Shown: positions 10,955-22,575 of the stretch, piece after piece
Position numbering within the stretch: position 1 is the stretch's first letter
How the letters are laid out: each line of letters opens with the position of its first letter
Source: Epithemia pelagica
Lineage: Eukaryota > Protista > Bacillariophyta
Direction: 5' to 3'
Length of the DNA stretch: 64,000 bases
Assembly (NCBI GenBank): GCA_946965045.2
Contig: OX337233.1
Coordinates: 3,472,001 to 3,536,000 of the forward strand
Notes under the pieces: generated by a model
The model's database searches: none
What the model was told of the DNA's origin: nothing
What the model saw: the letters and a program-made list of their open reading frames with translations, nothing else
Program-made: the position numbers and the translations under genes

Positions 10955-12367
10955 TTGTCGTCCGCCATGGACTCGCAATTGGATTTGACGGCCTCTTCGT
11001 CATCCGAACTCTTTGTTGCTTCTCGATCGGAATTTCAACAAGTGGTGCAAAAGTACAAGGCCATTTTGGATATACCTCGCAACGAAACCGATGGTACCTT
11101 GAATGAAACCGAAGCCTTGGCACGCATTGAAGACCTGTTCGATCCTGACTTTGTCCGTCATAGCGAAGGTGATACGGACGCCAATTTGTGTGATTTCAAG
11201 GCCGAATTGTTGCAATTGGGTCGTTATCCGTCTTTGCATTTCAAATTGTTTCGATACAAACAAGTGGCGGCCGGCATTATGGATTATTATTTGCGCTTTT
11301 CGACGCAAGACAAGCAATTTGTCATCAAGGGTCTGGCCTACTTTCGCAAGGCTCGAATTTACAAGACCGAAGTCACACGGACGGCCTAGGATAAAGTGTC
11401 GGGACAAAAATCGGCCACCCAAGAAACGCCCCTGACCCGAGACCGGACCGAACGACAATTTGGCTGTCGCATTTATGAATTGCCGTCCATGGTTCATGGA
11501 CAATTGTTGGGGGTCGGTGGTAACATGTTGCCCGTCGAAGAAAAGTATGAACTCTTGCGCATCTTTTTGGTCTACGATAACAAACAACATCCAACTGACA
11601 ATGACAGTGGTGTTCGCAATAGCAGTGGTGGTGGTGGTGGTTGGAACAAAATGTTGAATTTCTGGCGAGACCAGTATTCGTTGCGACTGGTGGACAGTAA
11701 AGATCAACCTTACGTCAAGGGTGCCAGTATTACCTTTTCGCGACGTGCCTGTGGATCTCGACGCATGATTTTGTGGAACGAGCGTAAGGAACCTCTGGCC
11801 TTGGCCTATCGACACAAGAAGCACGGATTTTGGAGTATTTGTGGAACACGGCCCTTGATTCCCGGTCCTCATCACTATTCGGAACCCAAATTAGAAGATG
11901 TGGGAGAGTCCAATGTCGTGGCCTTTTATCCCTGGTTTCGCATCAAGTTGGTCCACACGTCGGCAGGACGGTTGTACTTTGGCGAAGTTCTTACGTTTGA
12001 TGTGGAGGGGACCGAACGAGACGAGTCGTCGTCTGCGGAAACAATGACAGCGACACCCGCGGAGGAGCATGCCAGTCCTACCACCCAAGTGACTCCCAGC
12101 GCCACGACTGCCCGAGTGGACTTTGAACCGATTTACAAAGTGACGGAAACCCGTGACAGTCAGGAACGGATTGTGACCATTTGTGATTATTACAAGTCCA
12201 AGGATCATTTGGGTATTGTCAAATCCAGTTACAATCCACATCGTCGACTCACACAACTTATTCACAAAGAAAAAGAAGCGAGGCGCGTTCAAGTCGATGT
12301 CGCTCCGGGAGTGGATCCGGCCTTGATTCTGTGTATTGCCCCGTGTTTGGAAATGATGGAACTCTAG
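10955..12367 (+). CDS. Protein with a C-terminal LURP-one/tubby-like motif. Two in-frame ORFs are separated by one TAG (11387-11389), so it is either spliced or a pseudogene
   Basis: ORFs 10955-11389 and 11396-12367 share a frame. The C-terminal VQVDVAPGVDPALILCI resembles the LURP-one-related tail motif. Confidence 0.5.
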
Positions 12368-12917
12368 TACTCTCCTCTGAGTACAGTGGACCAAAAATCA
12401 AACGTACGCCGCCACAGGCTACAAGGTTGCTTTGTCTCCTCTCCCAGTTCTAAACCCCATTCAATCATGAAGCTGCTTCGAACACAGTAGCAAATTGAGC
12501 AATTCACACGACCAACATGCTCTTTTGCATGTCTGTGATACACTTAAAATGAAATGGCCTCACACATTTCGAGATCTGTTGGACACCTTGGGATCTGTTG
12601 GAGAGGAAGAAATCCTAACTGAAGCAGTATACCCTCTAGACAAGCGTGGATATCGCCCTTTGCACAGTATACAACGGATAATGTTAGTAGTCGCCTCAGA
12701 GGGGATCATTCCCCCTGACCGGAAACTTTGTCACCGAGATTACTCTTCCTCCAAGGCATCTATCTCTTCCTTTCGTATAGTGTAGACAATCGTAGAGAAT
12801 GAGAGACACATCGTTTGGTCGGCCGGCTCCCAAACCAAAAATACCTACGGTAGAATAAGGAAGAAAAAACGAGATAGATGACTTTATCTTATGCCATGAG
12901 CAGTGTTCTATTCGTAG

Positions 12918-12980
12918 TGGGGCCTTCTCGAGAGCAATCATACGAGCAAAACATGCACTGTTCTTGTCCACAAGACACCC
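12918..12980 (-). pseudogene. Remnant of a kelch-paralog C-terminus
   Basis: Encodes LVDKNSACFARMIALEKAP, near-identical to the end of the 14522-15748 gene. Confidence 0.75.
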
Positions 12981-13004
12981 AACGTAATGAAACTTCCGCA
13001 TACA

Positions 13005-14204
13005 CTATTCATATTGTTTTGGCCGAGTAGGGGCCTTGCCGAGAGTCAACATACGAGCAAAACATACACTGTTCTTGTCCACAAGAGGAAGCGTTTCAAC
13101 CACATTTTCCTCTTCACAGCATGCAAAAGTTGCAATGCCATTCGAAATGGCAATCACGCTACACATGAACCGTCCAACCCTTAGTTCTGGGAGCTGCCAT
13201 ACCAGGTTCCGTTGCGTGTCCAAAACTTCCACAGAACGCATGTACTCGTCTTCATCTCCTTCTCCACCAACCACAACGAGACAAGATCCGACTCGGACCA
13301 TACCATGACCATGTCGAGCATTGCCAAGAACCAGATCCTTGTGCATCTTCCAGAACTGGTTTGTGAACGGGAGTGCTGATGTTGCATTTTGGGGTCCTTT
13401 GTTTTTGCTCCAGTCATTAAATTCGAGGTACTCCACAGAGTCCATGTAGTCGAGCTCTTCTCCACCCATTCCGCCTACCACATAGACACGTTGACCAACC
13501 ACACCCATTCCAAAGTCCCTTCGAGCCACATTCAATGGTGGCCCGGATATAATGACGCATTGACTTTCGGAGCAGGTGTCGAGAATATCGACAGATGCGA
13601 GAGCCTTTTCAACAGCACTTCCACCCGCCACAACAATGAATCTGTCCTGTACAACGGCTGCGGCGTGTCCCCATTTTCTGCTGGACAAGCGACACTCTAA
13701 AGTCTTCCAGCATTTGATCGTGCCATTTTTGTTGGACCGTTGCAAATCATTGATGTCAATCTTTTCAATCGTATCCAAAACTTGGTGGCCATTTCAAGTG
13801 TCTGCGGTTTGTTGTCCACCAATGGCGTACAAAGATCCATTGCACACCACAGCTGCAGCGTAATGTCTATTTTCGTTCATGGACGGAGCTTCTCGCCAGG
13901 CCATTGGAGTCGTTTCATCATCATCATCATGGTCCAGTAGATTCACCCAAAGAACCCCATAGGTGAAAGTCAATTCATTCCGCCAACAACCTCCCATTAC
14001 AACCAAGATCCGTCCTTGATTCTTATTGTCGGGGCGATGGATCACAACCGATGCATGTCCGTCGCCCAAATCGATTGGCAAGGGAGGCCATGGAGCTGTC
14101 CGCCAGGGTGTTGCGTCGTCTTGTTCTTCTTCTCCTGGATTATTGCTGTGGAGGTTTGTAAAAACCAGTCCAGACATCTGCGCTTCTTGTTGGACGTTGT
14201 TCAT
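13005..14204 (-). pseudogene. Kelch-repeat protein paralog 1, interrupted by an in-frame TGA
   Basis: ORFs 13794-14204 and 13005-13778 are in the same frame (…QTADT*NGHQVLDTIEKID). Kelch GG/Y/W repeat pattern. Confidence 0.8.
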
Positions 14205-14521
14205 GGTGTTGTTCCGCTTCTCGCGTTCTTCGTTCTCGGTTGCTTCTATGGCAACATGCCTGAGTGGTTTTATAAATTTTGTGATAAAAAAGATACCCTC
14301 CCCTACAACAAAGATTCGGAAAGATATGGACTCTATGTTAGCTGAGATCCAATCTGACTATGGAGGTTAACACACCCACACCATAGTCGGAGCATGTATC
14401 CACAAGAATTATAGTACTCCTATTCATTATTCATCTTATTACAGAGAGACTGTGTTCAACTTATTACAGAGAGACTGTGTGGTCGACGGGCAAGGAACGG
14501 AGTGGAAATCTCTCTCCTCGA

Positions 14522-15748
14522 CTAGACTGTCTGCCCACCCATCATCAGTGGGGCCTTCTCAAGAGCCATCATACGAGCAAAACATGCACTGTTCTTGTCC
14601 ACAAGAGGAAGGGTTTCAATCGCATCTCCTGATCTCCAGCATGAGATTGCTGCAATGCCCTTCGAAATGGCAACCGCGCTATGGTGTCGCGGTCCAATTC
14701 CCTGCTCTGGGAGCTGCCATACCAGGTTCCGTTGTGTGTCCAAAACCTCCACAGAACGCATGTCTTCAGCACCTTCTCCTCCAACCACAATGAGACAAGA
14801 TCCCACTCGGACCACACCATGGCTATGTCGACTAGTGCCAAGAACAAGATCCTTGTGAAACTTCCAGGATTTGTTGGTGAACGGAGATGTTGCGGTTGCA
14901 TTTTGAGTTCCTTCGTTTTTGCTCCAGTCATCAAATTCCAGGTACTCCACAGAGTTCATGTACTCGAGCTCTTCGCCACCCATTCCGCCTACCACAAAAA
15001 CACGTTGACCAACCACACCCATTCCAAAGCTTCGTCGAGCGGCATTTAAGGATGGTCTGGATATAATGACGCATTGACTTTCGGAGGACTGTGTGTCTAG
15101 AATATCGACCGATGCCAGAGACGTCATGCCAGGATTTCCACCCACCACAGATGCCAGAGACGTGCCAGGATTTCCACCCGCCACAACAATGAATCGGTCT
15201 TGTACCGCGACTGCGGCACACCCACCTCTTCCACTGGACAAACGACACTCTAAAGTCATCCATTGTTTCGTTTCATTGTCCATGCAAGATGGACAAAGTA
15301 AATCGTCAATGTCGATCCTTTCAATCGTATCATAACCAGCACCGATATATTCAGAATATTGTCCACCAATGGCGTACAGAGCGCCATGACATACCACGGC
15401 TGCAAAGAACCGTCGGTCTTCGTTCATGGGTGGAGCTTTTCGCCAGGCCATTGTATCCTGGTCGACATTCAACAACAAAACCGCATTGGAGGAAAGAAAT
15501 TCATCCTCCCACGGACACAACATGGGAGCAGAAGGATTCGGATAAGAATAGCCTCCCAATACGGCCACGATCCGTCCTTGATTCTTGTCGGGGTGATGGA
15601 TTACGACCGATGCATGTCCTTCGTCCAACGAGAATGGCATCTCAGGCCATGGAGCTGCCTGCCAGTTTGGTTCATCTTCTTGCGTGCTACTTTGGTTCGT
15701 ACAAAACGTCAGTCCGGACATCTGCGCTTGTTCGTGGACGTTGCTCAT
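14522..15748 (-). CDS. Kelch-repeat (beta-propeller) protein paralog 2, intact, 408 aa
   Basis: Repeats RRFFAAVVCHGALYAIGG, RSFGMGVVGQRVFVVGG and RHSHGVVRVGSCLIVVGG. Confidence 0.88.
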   Translation of the reverse strand: MSNVHEQAQMSGLTFCTNQSSTQEDEPNWQAAPWPEMPFSLDEGHASVVIHHPDKNQGRIVAVLGGYSYPNPSAPMLCPWEDEFLSSNAVLLLNVDQDTMAWRKAPPMNEDRRFFAAVVCHGALYAIGGQYSEYIGAGYDTIERIDIDDLLCPSCMDNETKQWMTLECRLSSGRGGCAAVAVQDRFIVVAGGNPGTSLASVVGGNPGMTSLASVDILDTQSSESQCVIISRPSLNAARRSFGMGVVGQRVFVVGGMGGEELEYMNSVEYLEFDDWSKNEGTQNATATSPFTNKSWKFHKDLVLGTSRHSHGVVRVGSCLIVVGGEGAEDMRSVEVLDTQRNLVWQLPEQGIGPRHHSAVAISKGIAAISCWRSGDAIETLPLVDKNSACFARMMALEKAPLMMGGQTV

Positions 15749-15839
15749 CGTATTGTTATTACTTCCTTATTTCGCGTTGGTTTTTGGTTCTTTTGTGTGA
15801 AGATCAAAACTTTTGGACGATTTCTTGCTCTATAGAGTA

Positions 15840-16932
15840 TGGAGTTAGTCCTCGCCTCAGTTTTCTGGGGCCGGGCGCGTCGGTCGACGATTTGGCCCGC
15901 ATGCAATGCAGTGAAGAAGTCGTCGTGTTGGGCATTATGCGCGTGGTGGAAGAATTGCAAACCCGGCATCCCACATCGCACATTGTTCTCAATTCCCTCT
16001 TTCCCATGTCTCGCATTCGGGGAACCCGGTATCCCACACGGTCCGATTGGAAAGATTCCGTGCCCACAGCCACTACGACGAATGAGGAAAATGATCCACG
16101 GGCACCACCACCGGGCGGCGTTCGACACGGCCGACAATTGCTCCCAGCAGAAGCAGAAGCACCACAACAACATTCGTGGGAGAACATGTCGCGTCGTCGT
16201 CGCGCACGGAAACGTCGTCGTCGTCGTCGTCGCAGTGACGACAGCAGTGAGGACGAAGATGGTCGTCCCGCACAACCCTTGTCGGAAGCTGCGGCGGCCA
16301 ATGCCGAAGATGAACGGTACGAACGACGACAAAAGCGACCACGACGGGGGTGGTTTGGACGACGACCCCCACCACCCCCACAAAAAGTGGTGGATCCACG
16401 CTTGGAAGAAACGCATCACGTGCGCAAACATGTGGCCGATGTCAAGTTGCCCTTGTGGACGTCCGTCTTGGTGGTGAATCGTCAACTGAAAAAATTTGCC
16501 GAGAAACATAGTGATTGTGTCTCGTTTTTTGATGCCACGTCTATTTTTACTGAAGTCGATGCGGCCGGTCGGACCATTCTGCAAACCGATTTGATTTCCA
16601 TTACGGGTCATCCCACCAAACGAGGCTTTGACGTGTGGGAAGAACACGTGGCACAATTCGCTCTGGACACACTGGTGCAACTCAAAAAGACAACGCCCGA
16701 ACTCTTTCCCAACAACAACAACAAGAATACAAATACAGGAGGAGACGGAGCAGGTGAGGGCGGTGTAGACGATTATTTCCTCTACCAAGACGATGTGTTA
16801 CCCTCCTTGAATCAAGTCTTGAGTCCGGACCAATTGGCTCAACAAGACCCGGCCATTGAAGACGATATCTATTCCAAGGAAACGGATGATTTCCCCTCGT
16901 TGCCCATGACACCGCATACTGATGACGCCTAA
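15840..16932 (+). pseudogene. C-terminal half of an SGNH/GDSL hydrolase (PAF-acetylhydrolase-like), 5'-truncated
   Basis: GIMRVVEELQTRHPTSHIVLNSLFP, VNRQLKKFA, VSFFDATSIF and GHPTKRGFDVW match SGNH blocks. No GDS block is found. The ORF 5' part is only the antisense of the kelch gene. Confidence 0.6.
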
Positions 16933-17559
16933 CACAACGAAACAACTAAACAGAAAAGTCCCAGGATAATGATTTGGAACGACCTTATGTGTGTATCGTT
17001 TGCAAGTGGTGCTCTATTGTAGGTAGTAGAGAGATCTTTTGCGTATTGTAGAGAGAGAGAGAGACTCTTTAAAAACCAGGGGGATCGCTTGGTACGAAGG
17101 GAGATCTAAAAATGGCACTCCAAGATGGGCCAGATGATTCCTTCCCCGGAGACAAAGTCCTAGTCCTAATGCAGAGGGTTAACCTTTCTGGAGGACTACA
17201 ATACGTTGGCACCCTGCCTGTCCCAAAATATCCTCCTCCTCTATCCATCCAAGGAAGAGAGAAAATGATGGGTCTGTGGAAGAGAAGAGAGATTTCTACT
17301 CTGTTCTTTGCCTCTGTAATATGAATACTATATACTCTTCCTTGCTCTCAATCAAACTGTGATAGATGGTGGATCTTTGAATCTGAACCTATGGTGCGAT
17401 CTGAGCTAACATAGAGACAGAGTCCATAGCATTTCGATAGCATTCCACCAACGCGCCGGGGGACCCTCCTCAAACGTGCTCGACTGTCTTATTCCGGCTG
17501 ATAGCTCGATCACGAAAATCCAAGACCCACAAAAGCTGATTTTACCGCTTACATAGTTA

Positions 17560-20500
17560 CTCCCTCCGGCCTTTTTTTATCGCACGATCCTGCCAGAAAA
17601 TGGGGGGGCCCAAGGCAGAAGAGAGAAGGGGAGGGGGAGGAGAGGAAGAAGAAGGGGAGGAAAAAGGGGAGAGTTTTGGCAGCTGGATTCCATCGTTCTG
17701 GTTCGATCGTTTCATTCGCATTTTCGAGGATTGTTGTGACATGTCGTAACATCACCTTTCATGTCCTCAGAGGGGGATCAGGCAGGTAAGTACGTGGAAG
17801 CATTTTTCCCCTTACAAGACCGGTAGCAACATTCTGTCTTTATTGGCCTCTCACCTTTAATTGTCTGTCGTTCAACAGGTTTGACTTGACACCCGAATTC
17901 CGCAAGAGCCTTGTCACTTTCCGGGTGCCCTTTCCATGTGCTACGGTGGCTAGAGAAGATATGGATGTCTCATAAATTCTGTTTTTCGTATTTTTGTTAC
18001 TAACTATCTTGTCGTGCTTGTTGTGTTCTTGGTCATTCAGGTATTCAGGTTGTTGGTCGATTCATGTTTTAAGTTCTTGTAATTGGAGCGATGATGGGGC
18101 ATGCAGTGGTGGTAATGAAGGTGGTTTTTGGGTGGGTGGATTGGTTGTGATGGCTGGATGGCATCGCCATGTCTTTCGGTGTGCCATTGGATCTTCCTTC
18201 CTGTCGTCTCGACAAATGGACAGCCCGGATCAATCGAAGCCTCGGAAATTCCGCTTTGGACAGTCTTTGCTGTGTGGTGGTCGTCCCCTCTTGCCACTGT
18301 CGTAGTATTCTTTGTGCTTCACGCAACAAAACTGGATTTGAGTTCGTGGCGATGGACGATGAGGATAGCCGAACGGATGGCACGGGTACAAAGCTGGATG
18401 GAGTGGTGGTGGCGGCAACAGGTTGGAGTACTTGGCCATGGCAACAGGGAGTCCAAAGAATGGTGGACGATTGCATTGCTGTGCTGGTGGTGCATGGTGA
18501 TTTGTTGTTTGTTTTGTTTGTTGCGTGTTGCTCTGCTGTGTCGCCGTATGCAACTGGGCCTGTTGTCGTGACAAAGAAGGTAAGCTTACCACTTCCCTTG
18601 TTGCATTTCCTGGTGTAGCTTCCATCTCACCAGTTTCTGTCTCATTCGTTTGCTGCTCTATGCGTTGCTTTTTGGATGGATTGTTGGATTCTGTTGTTGT
18701 GTTGTTGCCGGCTTTTCGTTTGTTTGCGTCCTTCGCAACCGGAACCGACTGTTCTGGTGCTACATCACCGCAACAACTGATGCTGTTGTCTATTTCTTCG
18801 GATATTTCTTCGATTTGGACGGTGCTCTTGGGTTGTTTCCGTCCTCTTTGGGGAAAATACGGATTCAAATAAATCTCGGCCATGGTTGGTGATGAAGCAG
18901 ACACAACAACAGACGAGGAGGAAGCTGACGAAGCAAAGGGTGGAATGGAGCTGTCATGGGGCAATCTCTTGGCATTGCCCTGACACAACGAACACTGACA
19001 GCGATCATTGAGCGGATGCTTTGGCACGGTTTTGTCTCTTTCCATTTGTTGCTTGAGGTAAGTAGACAAAAATTGTTCTCCGTTGTCCTCTGGGATTTGT
19101 TCTACGTTGGCGAATGGCCCACTAACACCAGTTGCCCTTGCCATTTTGTTTATAAATTTGAGTTGCAAGTGGTTGTCAAACGGCGCAACCGACTCCCATC
19201 CAGCTGGGATTTGCGCTCGCTCTGTTGGATTCATATCCAACAGAGCGAGCTTGTGTCGAATGGTACGATTGTACCTGGCAGTTCCGCACAAATTTAGTGC
19301 ATCTGCCAATGACTCGCGCATCCCACAGTTCCCAAAATGAGCAAGGTTGTCGTGAAACGACTCCAACTTGCTCTCGCCACGGTAAGCACGAAACTCAGGG
19401 AGACCATGTTTTGCATTGCGATTCGGTGGCAACTCACAATACATCTCTTCGATTGGTTTTGGGTCGGCCAAAAACTGAGCCTTCTCTTTGCAATTCACCA
19501 GGGCATCGTGTGTTTCTGGAGTGAAGAGAGTCTGGCCCGACTTTGGGTCAAGACGGCCACGAGCAGCTGGTTGTCCATCTGAGGCGGTGACTTTGTACCT
19601 CACCTTGAATTCGTCGAGTTTCCCTTTGATGACTTTGGCCGAACGAATCCTTTTTCGTATGTATTTGTTGTATCGTTGAGCAAAGACTTTCGTTGCTCTC
19701 ATCTCACAAATCTCTTCTTCTGTGTATTCCTGTCCCAACAATCCGGTCTTGAGGGCATGGATGACTTTCTGAAAGTCTTCATCGTGCTCTTCATAGATGC
19801 AAGCCTTCAAATCACGAAGTGCTTGCCCATGGTCGCAATGACGCTGTCGAAGCGTCTTTGTAATTCGCTGCAAAAAATGAAATAACCCCAACCTGCCAAT
19901 CAACCGTGCTCCGAGTATCAGTTCCCAAAAGTCATCCTTGTGGGGCCAGGTATCGGAATACATAATTACGGGAGAAAACCCGATACGACGCGACAATTGC
20001 TCTGCTGCATGGGCAATCTCTTGCAGCTTTGTTGATTGCACCAAGACAAGACAGGCAATCTCGCCTGTCTCGGTGCAAAAATCCCACAGGACCTTTGCCT
20101 TGCAACTGGAAAGGTAGTTCTTGACCACCTCCCAGGTGTGGTCCTGAGCAAACGATAATCTACACTTCACCATTTGTATTTCTCGCTGGTGTCGGTCAAC
20201 ATCGGATACTCCCCACCACACAGAGTCTGAGTAAGCACCCTGCTCGTATATCTGACGAAGGGTGTCCGCTTGAGGGGGATAAGACACGAGCCATTCGCCA
20301 TCCTTCTTTGGATAAGGTTGGTCACTTGCTTGGTCTGTCGCTAGGAGCTCCGAGTAGAATCTCATAGTTTTGTCCATATAGCACTGGTTGATTGATTCAT
20401 AGAGATATTCTGCACATAGAATTGCATTCCCATGAGTCACCATGAGCCGCTCCATGAGTCTCGTCGCGTCAGTCTTGAGGTGCGAGTTGCCGACCGCGTA

Positions 20501-22575
20501 TTTCGGGTCGACTGGGTACGCCATGGCCATGTGGGGAGGAAGTTTCGCGAGAAATTGCGATTCGTTGCCTTGGTGATTGGCACCACATGCCGAGCACTTA
20601 TAGTGCATCACGATCGCGTAGCTTGGGGGACCATTTATTCCGAATTGGGGGAAAAGCGACTTGTTCTTGGAGAAATTAGTCCGCGTCCGCTGGAGATTAC
20701 CTCCACATGTAGGACAAAACAGTACTTGGTTTGGAAAAAAGAGTTCCCAATCTACTACATAGAGTTTCTGTCCCACAAACGAGTCGTACAAAGGACACGT
20801 GTTCCCAGAGCAAGCCGGTACACAAAACTCCATACCTTCGAAAAAAGCTTCTAGAACCGTTGTACTCCGCTTTGAACGAAGGCACGTGTCCTGAATAAGT
20901 GACGCGAGAGCCCGCATGGTCTTGGGAGCAATCGAACTCGCCTCAACCAGCATGTTTGTCCTATGTAGAATTTCTGTTTTGAAATTTTCGACCGACATGC
21001 GTGCACTCGTTGGTATGTGACTGTCACATGTTTTCCCAACCTTCCTTTCTACTGGCTTTTTCTTCGTCGCCAACGACTCCAACGTAAGCTTGCCCGTTGT
21101 CTTCACTTGTTTCGTCGTGTTGTTGCGAACAGAAAAAAAGGCACCCAGTGCCTCCTCACTGACATTGCCTGGGGTGAGTTGTTCTGTGCCATTCATTGGC
21201 CTATTGTTGTTCTTCTTGTGTTGTTTTGCTGCTTTGTCGAGCAGTCGTTGGATCTGGCCCTTCTCCTGTGTCTTTGCCTTGCCCTTTGTTGTTTTGTTGA
21301 GTGGACAGAGCATGTGGTGGGCTCTGTGTGGCTTGTTTTGTCCATTGTGGACAGCCCTGCAGACATAACAGTCTATGTGGGGCTCAAACTCCACTACTCC
21401 TGTCATGGTTTGGTTGCCTGAGCGTCGCTGCCCCTGTGGCACTGGCAAGCGACTGTAAATGTTCCCTCGTCGTTGGGAATGGGGGCCCATTGCCGCCCTT
21501 GCTGCAGCCTGTTGAGCAGCCCAAGATTGTGTTGTTTGGTGTGACCTACTAACCATCTTTTCTATTACGTTTTCTACAGGTGTGTCATCGACGAGATGAG
21601 ATGGCCAGGAAAGTGGCCAATGTCTCATTGTCGTCTTTCCGAGATGAGACTTGGCGGCCGCGACCGACCGGATCGGCACTTGGAATCTCACTTGGTGAGA
21701 TTTTCAAGCTGCCAATCCGTGTTTGGGGGGCGATGGGGGGACTGATTTTTGAAATGGTAAGACATGTCGTTCTGAGTTTTCCTTTAAGTGTTTTGTGTGG
21801 AACGACATGGTCCCACCCAATCATATTGCTGCCTGAGCAAACTAACACCCCCTGCCTGCTGCCTGAGCAAACTAACACCCCCTGCCATTTTTCTAAAAAT
21901 CAGTCGCATAAACACCCGTCGTAGGACCTGGTACATTTCTACAGGAGGATGGCCGGCTCATTCGGAGTCGAATTTTAGAGATGAACATTCAATGTGACAC
22001 GCGCCACAACTTAACTATCCTTCTATCGCGTGACACTTTTAACCGCTTCTGTAACAGCAGTCGAAGAACACATAGGAATCGACCACGCGCGCGTGCGTTG
22101 GATGAAATTTCGGGGGAGTTAATTAAGTCCACCGCGTGCGAGTTGCTCTGCGCACTCTCATAGCCTACTTATGATGGATCGATGAATTCCAAAAATTTTG
22201 GCGACGAAAGACAAAACACCTCTGGCAAGGTGCCATTCAGATGGGGAAGGATAGATGAATGTCTATAGGACGTCCACAGTCATTAGCCGGCAAATCTATG
22301 TACTTTACCCCCTCGCGGGCCTGGCTGGAGGGTGCTATCCCTTGGGTGCGCCTGGGGGGCCAGAACCGGTACGCCAAAGTTTGGATTGCGTTTTTAGCCT
22401 CTTTTAGTTCCATGTAGCTCTCCAGGATTGTGAGATGGAACATATAAATTATACATGGAAATTTGAGTCTAGTAATAAGCTTTCGATCTATATAATTTTT
22501 AGCGCGAATGGGCTGACGCTCGAGACGTTACGTCATTTTTCTCAACTTCGTGCGATAAAAGAAGGCCGGAGAAAG
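17560..22575 (-). mobile_element. DNA transposon, 5016 bp, 28-bp TIRs, TA target duplication
   Basis: Left TIR CTCCCTCCGGCCTTTTTTTATCGCACGA matches the right TIR reverse complement CTTTCTCCGGCCTTCTTTTATCGCACGA at 25/28. TA is at 17558-59 and 22576-77. The empty site gtTActtttc is at 28426-27. Confidence 0.92.
18230..21691 (-). CDS. Putative DDE transposase with Cys/His zinc motifs and a long insertion domain, 1153 aa
   Basis: It is the only long ORF inside the TIRs. Candidate catalytic residues are QDHT, YSDTWP, LFHFLQR (xxH motif) and RGESKLESFH. N-terminal CYVC..HH..C and CPTC..CSAC motifs are present. The true start is uncertain. Confidence 0.7.
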   Translation of the reverse strand: MRFQVPIRSVAAAKSHLGKTTMRHWPLSWPSHLVDDTPVENVIEKMVSRSHQTTQSWAAQQAAARAAMGPHSQRRGNIYSRLPVPQGQRRSGNQTMTGVVEFEPHIDCYVCRAVHNGQNKPHRAHHMLCPLNKTTKGKAKTQEKGQIQRLLDKAAKQHKKNNNRPMNGTEQLTPGNVSEEALGAFFSVRNNTTKQVKTTGKLTLESLATKKKPVERKVGKTCDSHIPTSARMSVENFKTEILHRTNMLVEASSIAPKTMRALASLIQDTCLRSKRSTTVLEAFFEGMEFCVPACSGNTCPLYDSFVGQKLYVVDWELFFPNQVLFCPTCGGNLQRTRTNFSKNKSLFPQFGINGPPSYAIVMHYKCSACGANHQGNESQFLAKLPPHMAMAYPVDPKYAVGNSHLKTDATRLMERLMVTHGNAILCAEYLYESINQCYMDKTMRFYSELLATDQASDQPYPKKDGEWLVSYPPQADTLRQIYEQGAYSDSVWWGVSDVDRHQREIQMVKCRLSFAQDHTWEVVKNYLSSCKAKVLWDFCTETGEIACLVLVQSTKLQEIAHAAEQLSRRIGFSPVIMYSDTWPHKDDFWELILGARLIGRLGLFHFLQRITKTLRQRHCDHGQALRDLKACIYEEHDEDFQKVIHALKTGLLGQEYTEEEICEMRATKVFAQRYNKYIRKRIRSAKVIKGKLDEFKVRYKVTASDGQPAARGRLDPKSGQTLFTPETHDALVNCKEKAQFLADPKPIEEMYCELPPNRNAKHGLPEFRAYRGESKLESFHDNLAHFGNCGMRESLADALNLCGTARYNRTIRHKLALLDMNPTERAQIPAGWESVAPFDNHLQLKFINKMARATGVSGPFANVEQIPEDNGEQFLSTYLKQQMERDKTVPKHPLNDRCQCSLCQGNAKRLPHDSSIPPFASSASSSSVVVSASSPTMAEIYLNPYFPQRGRKQPKSTVQIEEISEEIDNSISCCGDVAPEQSVPVAKDANKRKAGNNTTTESNNPSKKQRIEQQTNETETGEMEATPGNATREVVSLPSLSRQQAQLHTATQQSNTQQTKQTTNHHAPPAQQCNRPPFFGLPVAMAKYSNLLPPPPLHPALYPCHPFGYPHRPSPRTQIQFCCVKHKEYYDSGKRGRPPHSKDCPKRNFRGFD

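Noticed and set aside
15289-15840. N-terminal part of the 547-aa ORF as real protein
   Set aside because: It is the antisense of the kelch gene 5' end. SGNH similarity starts only further downstream.
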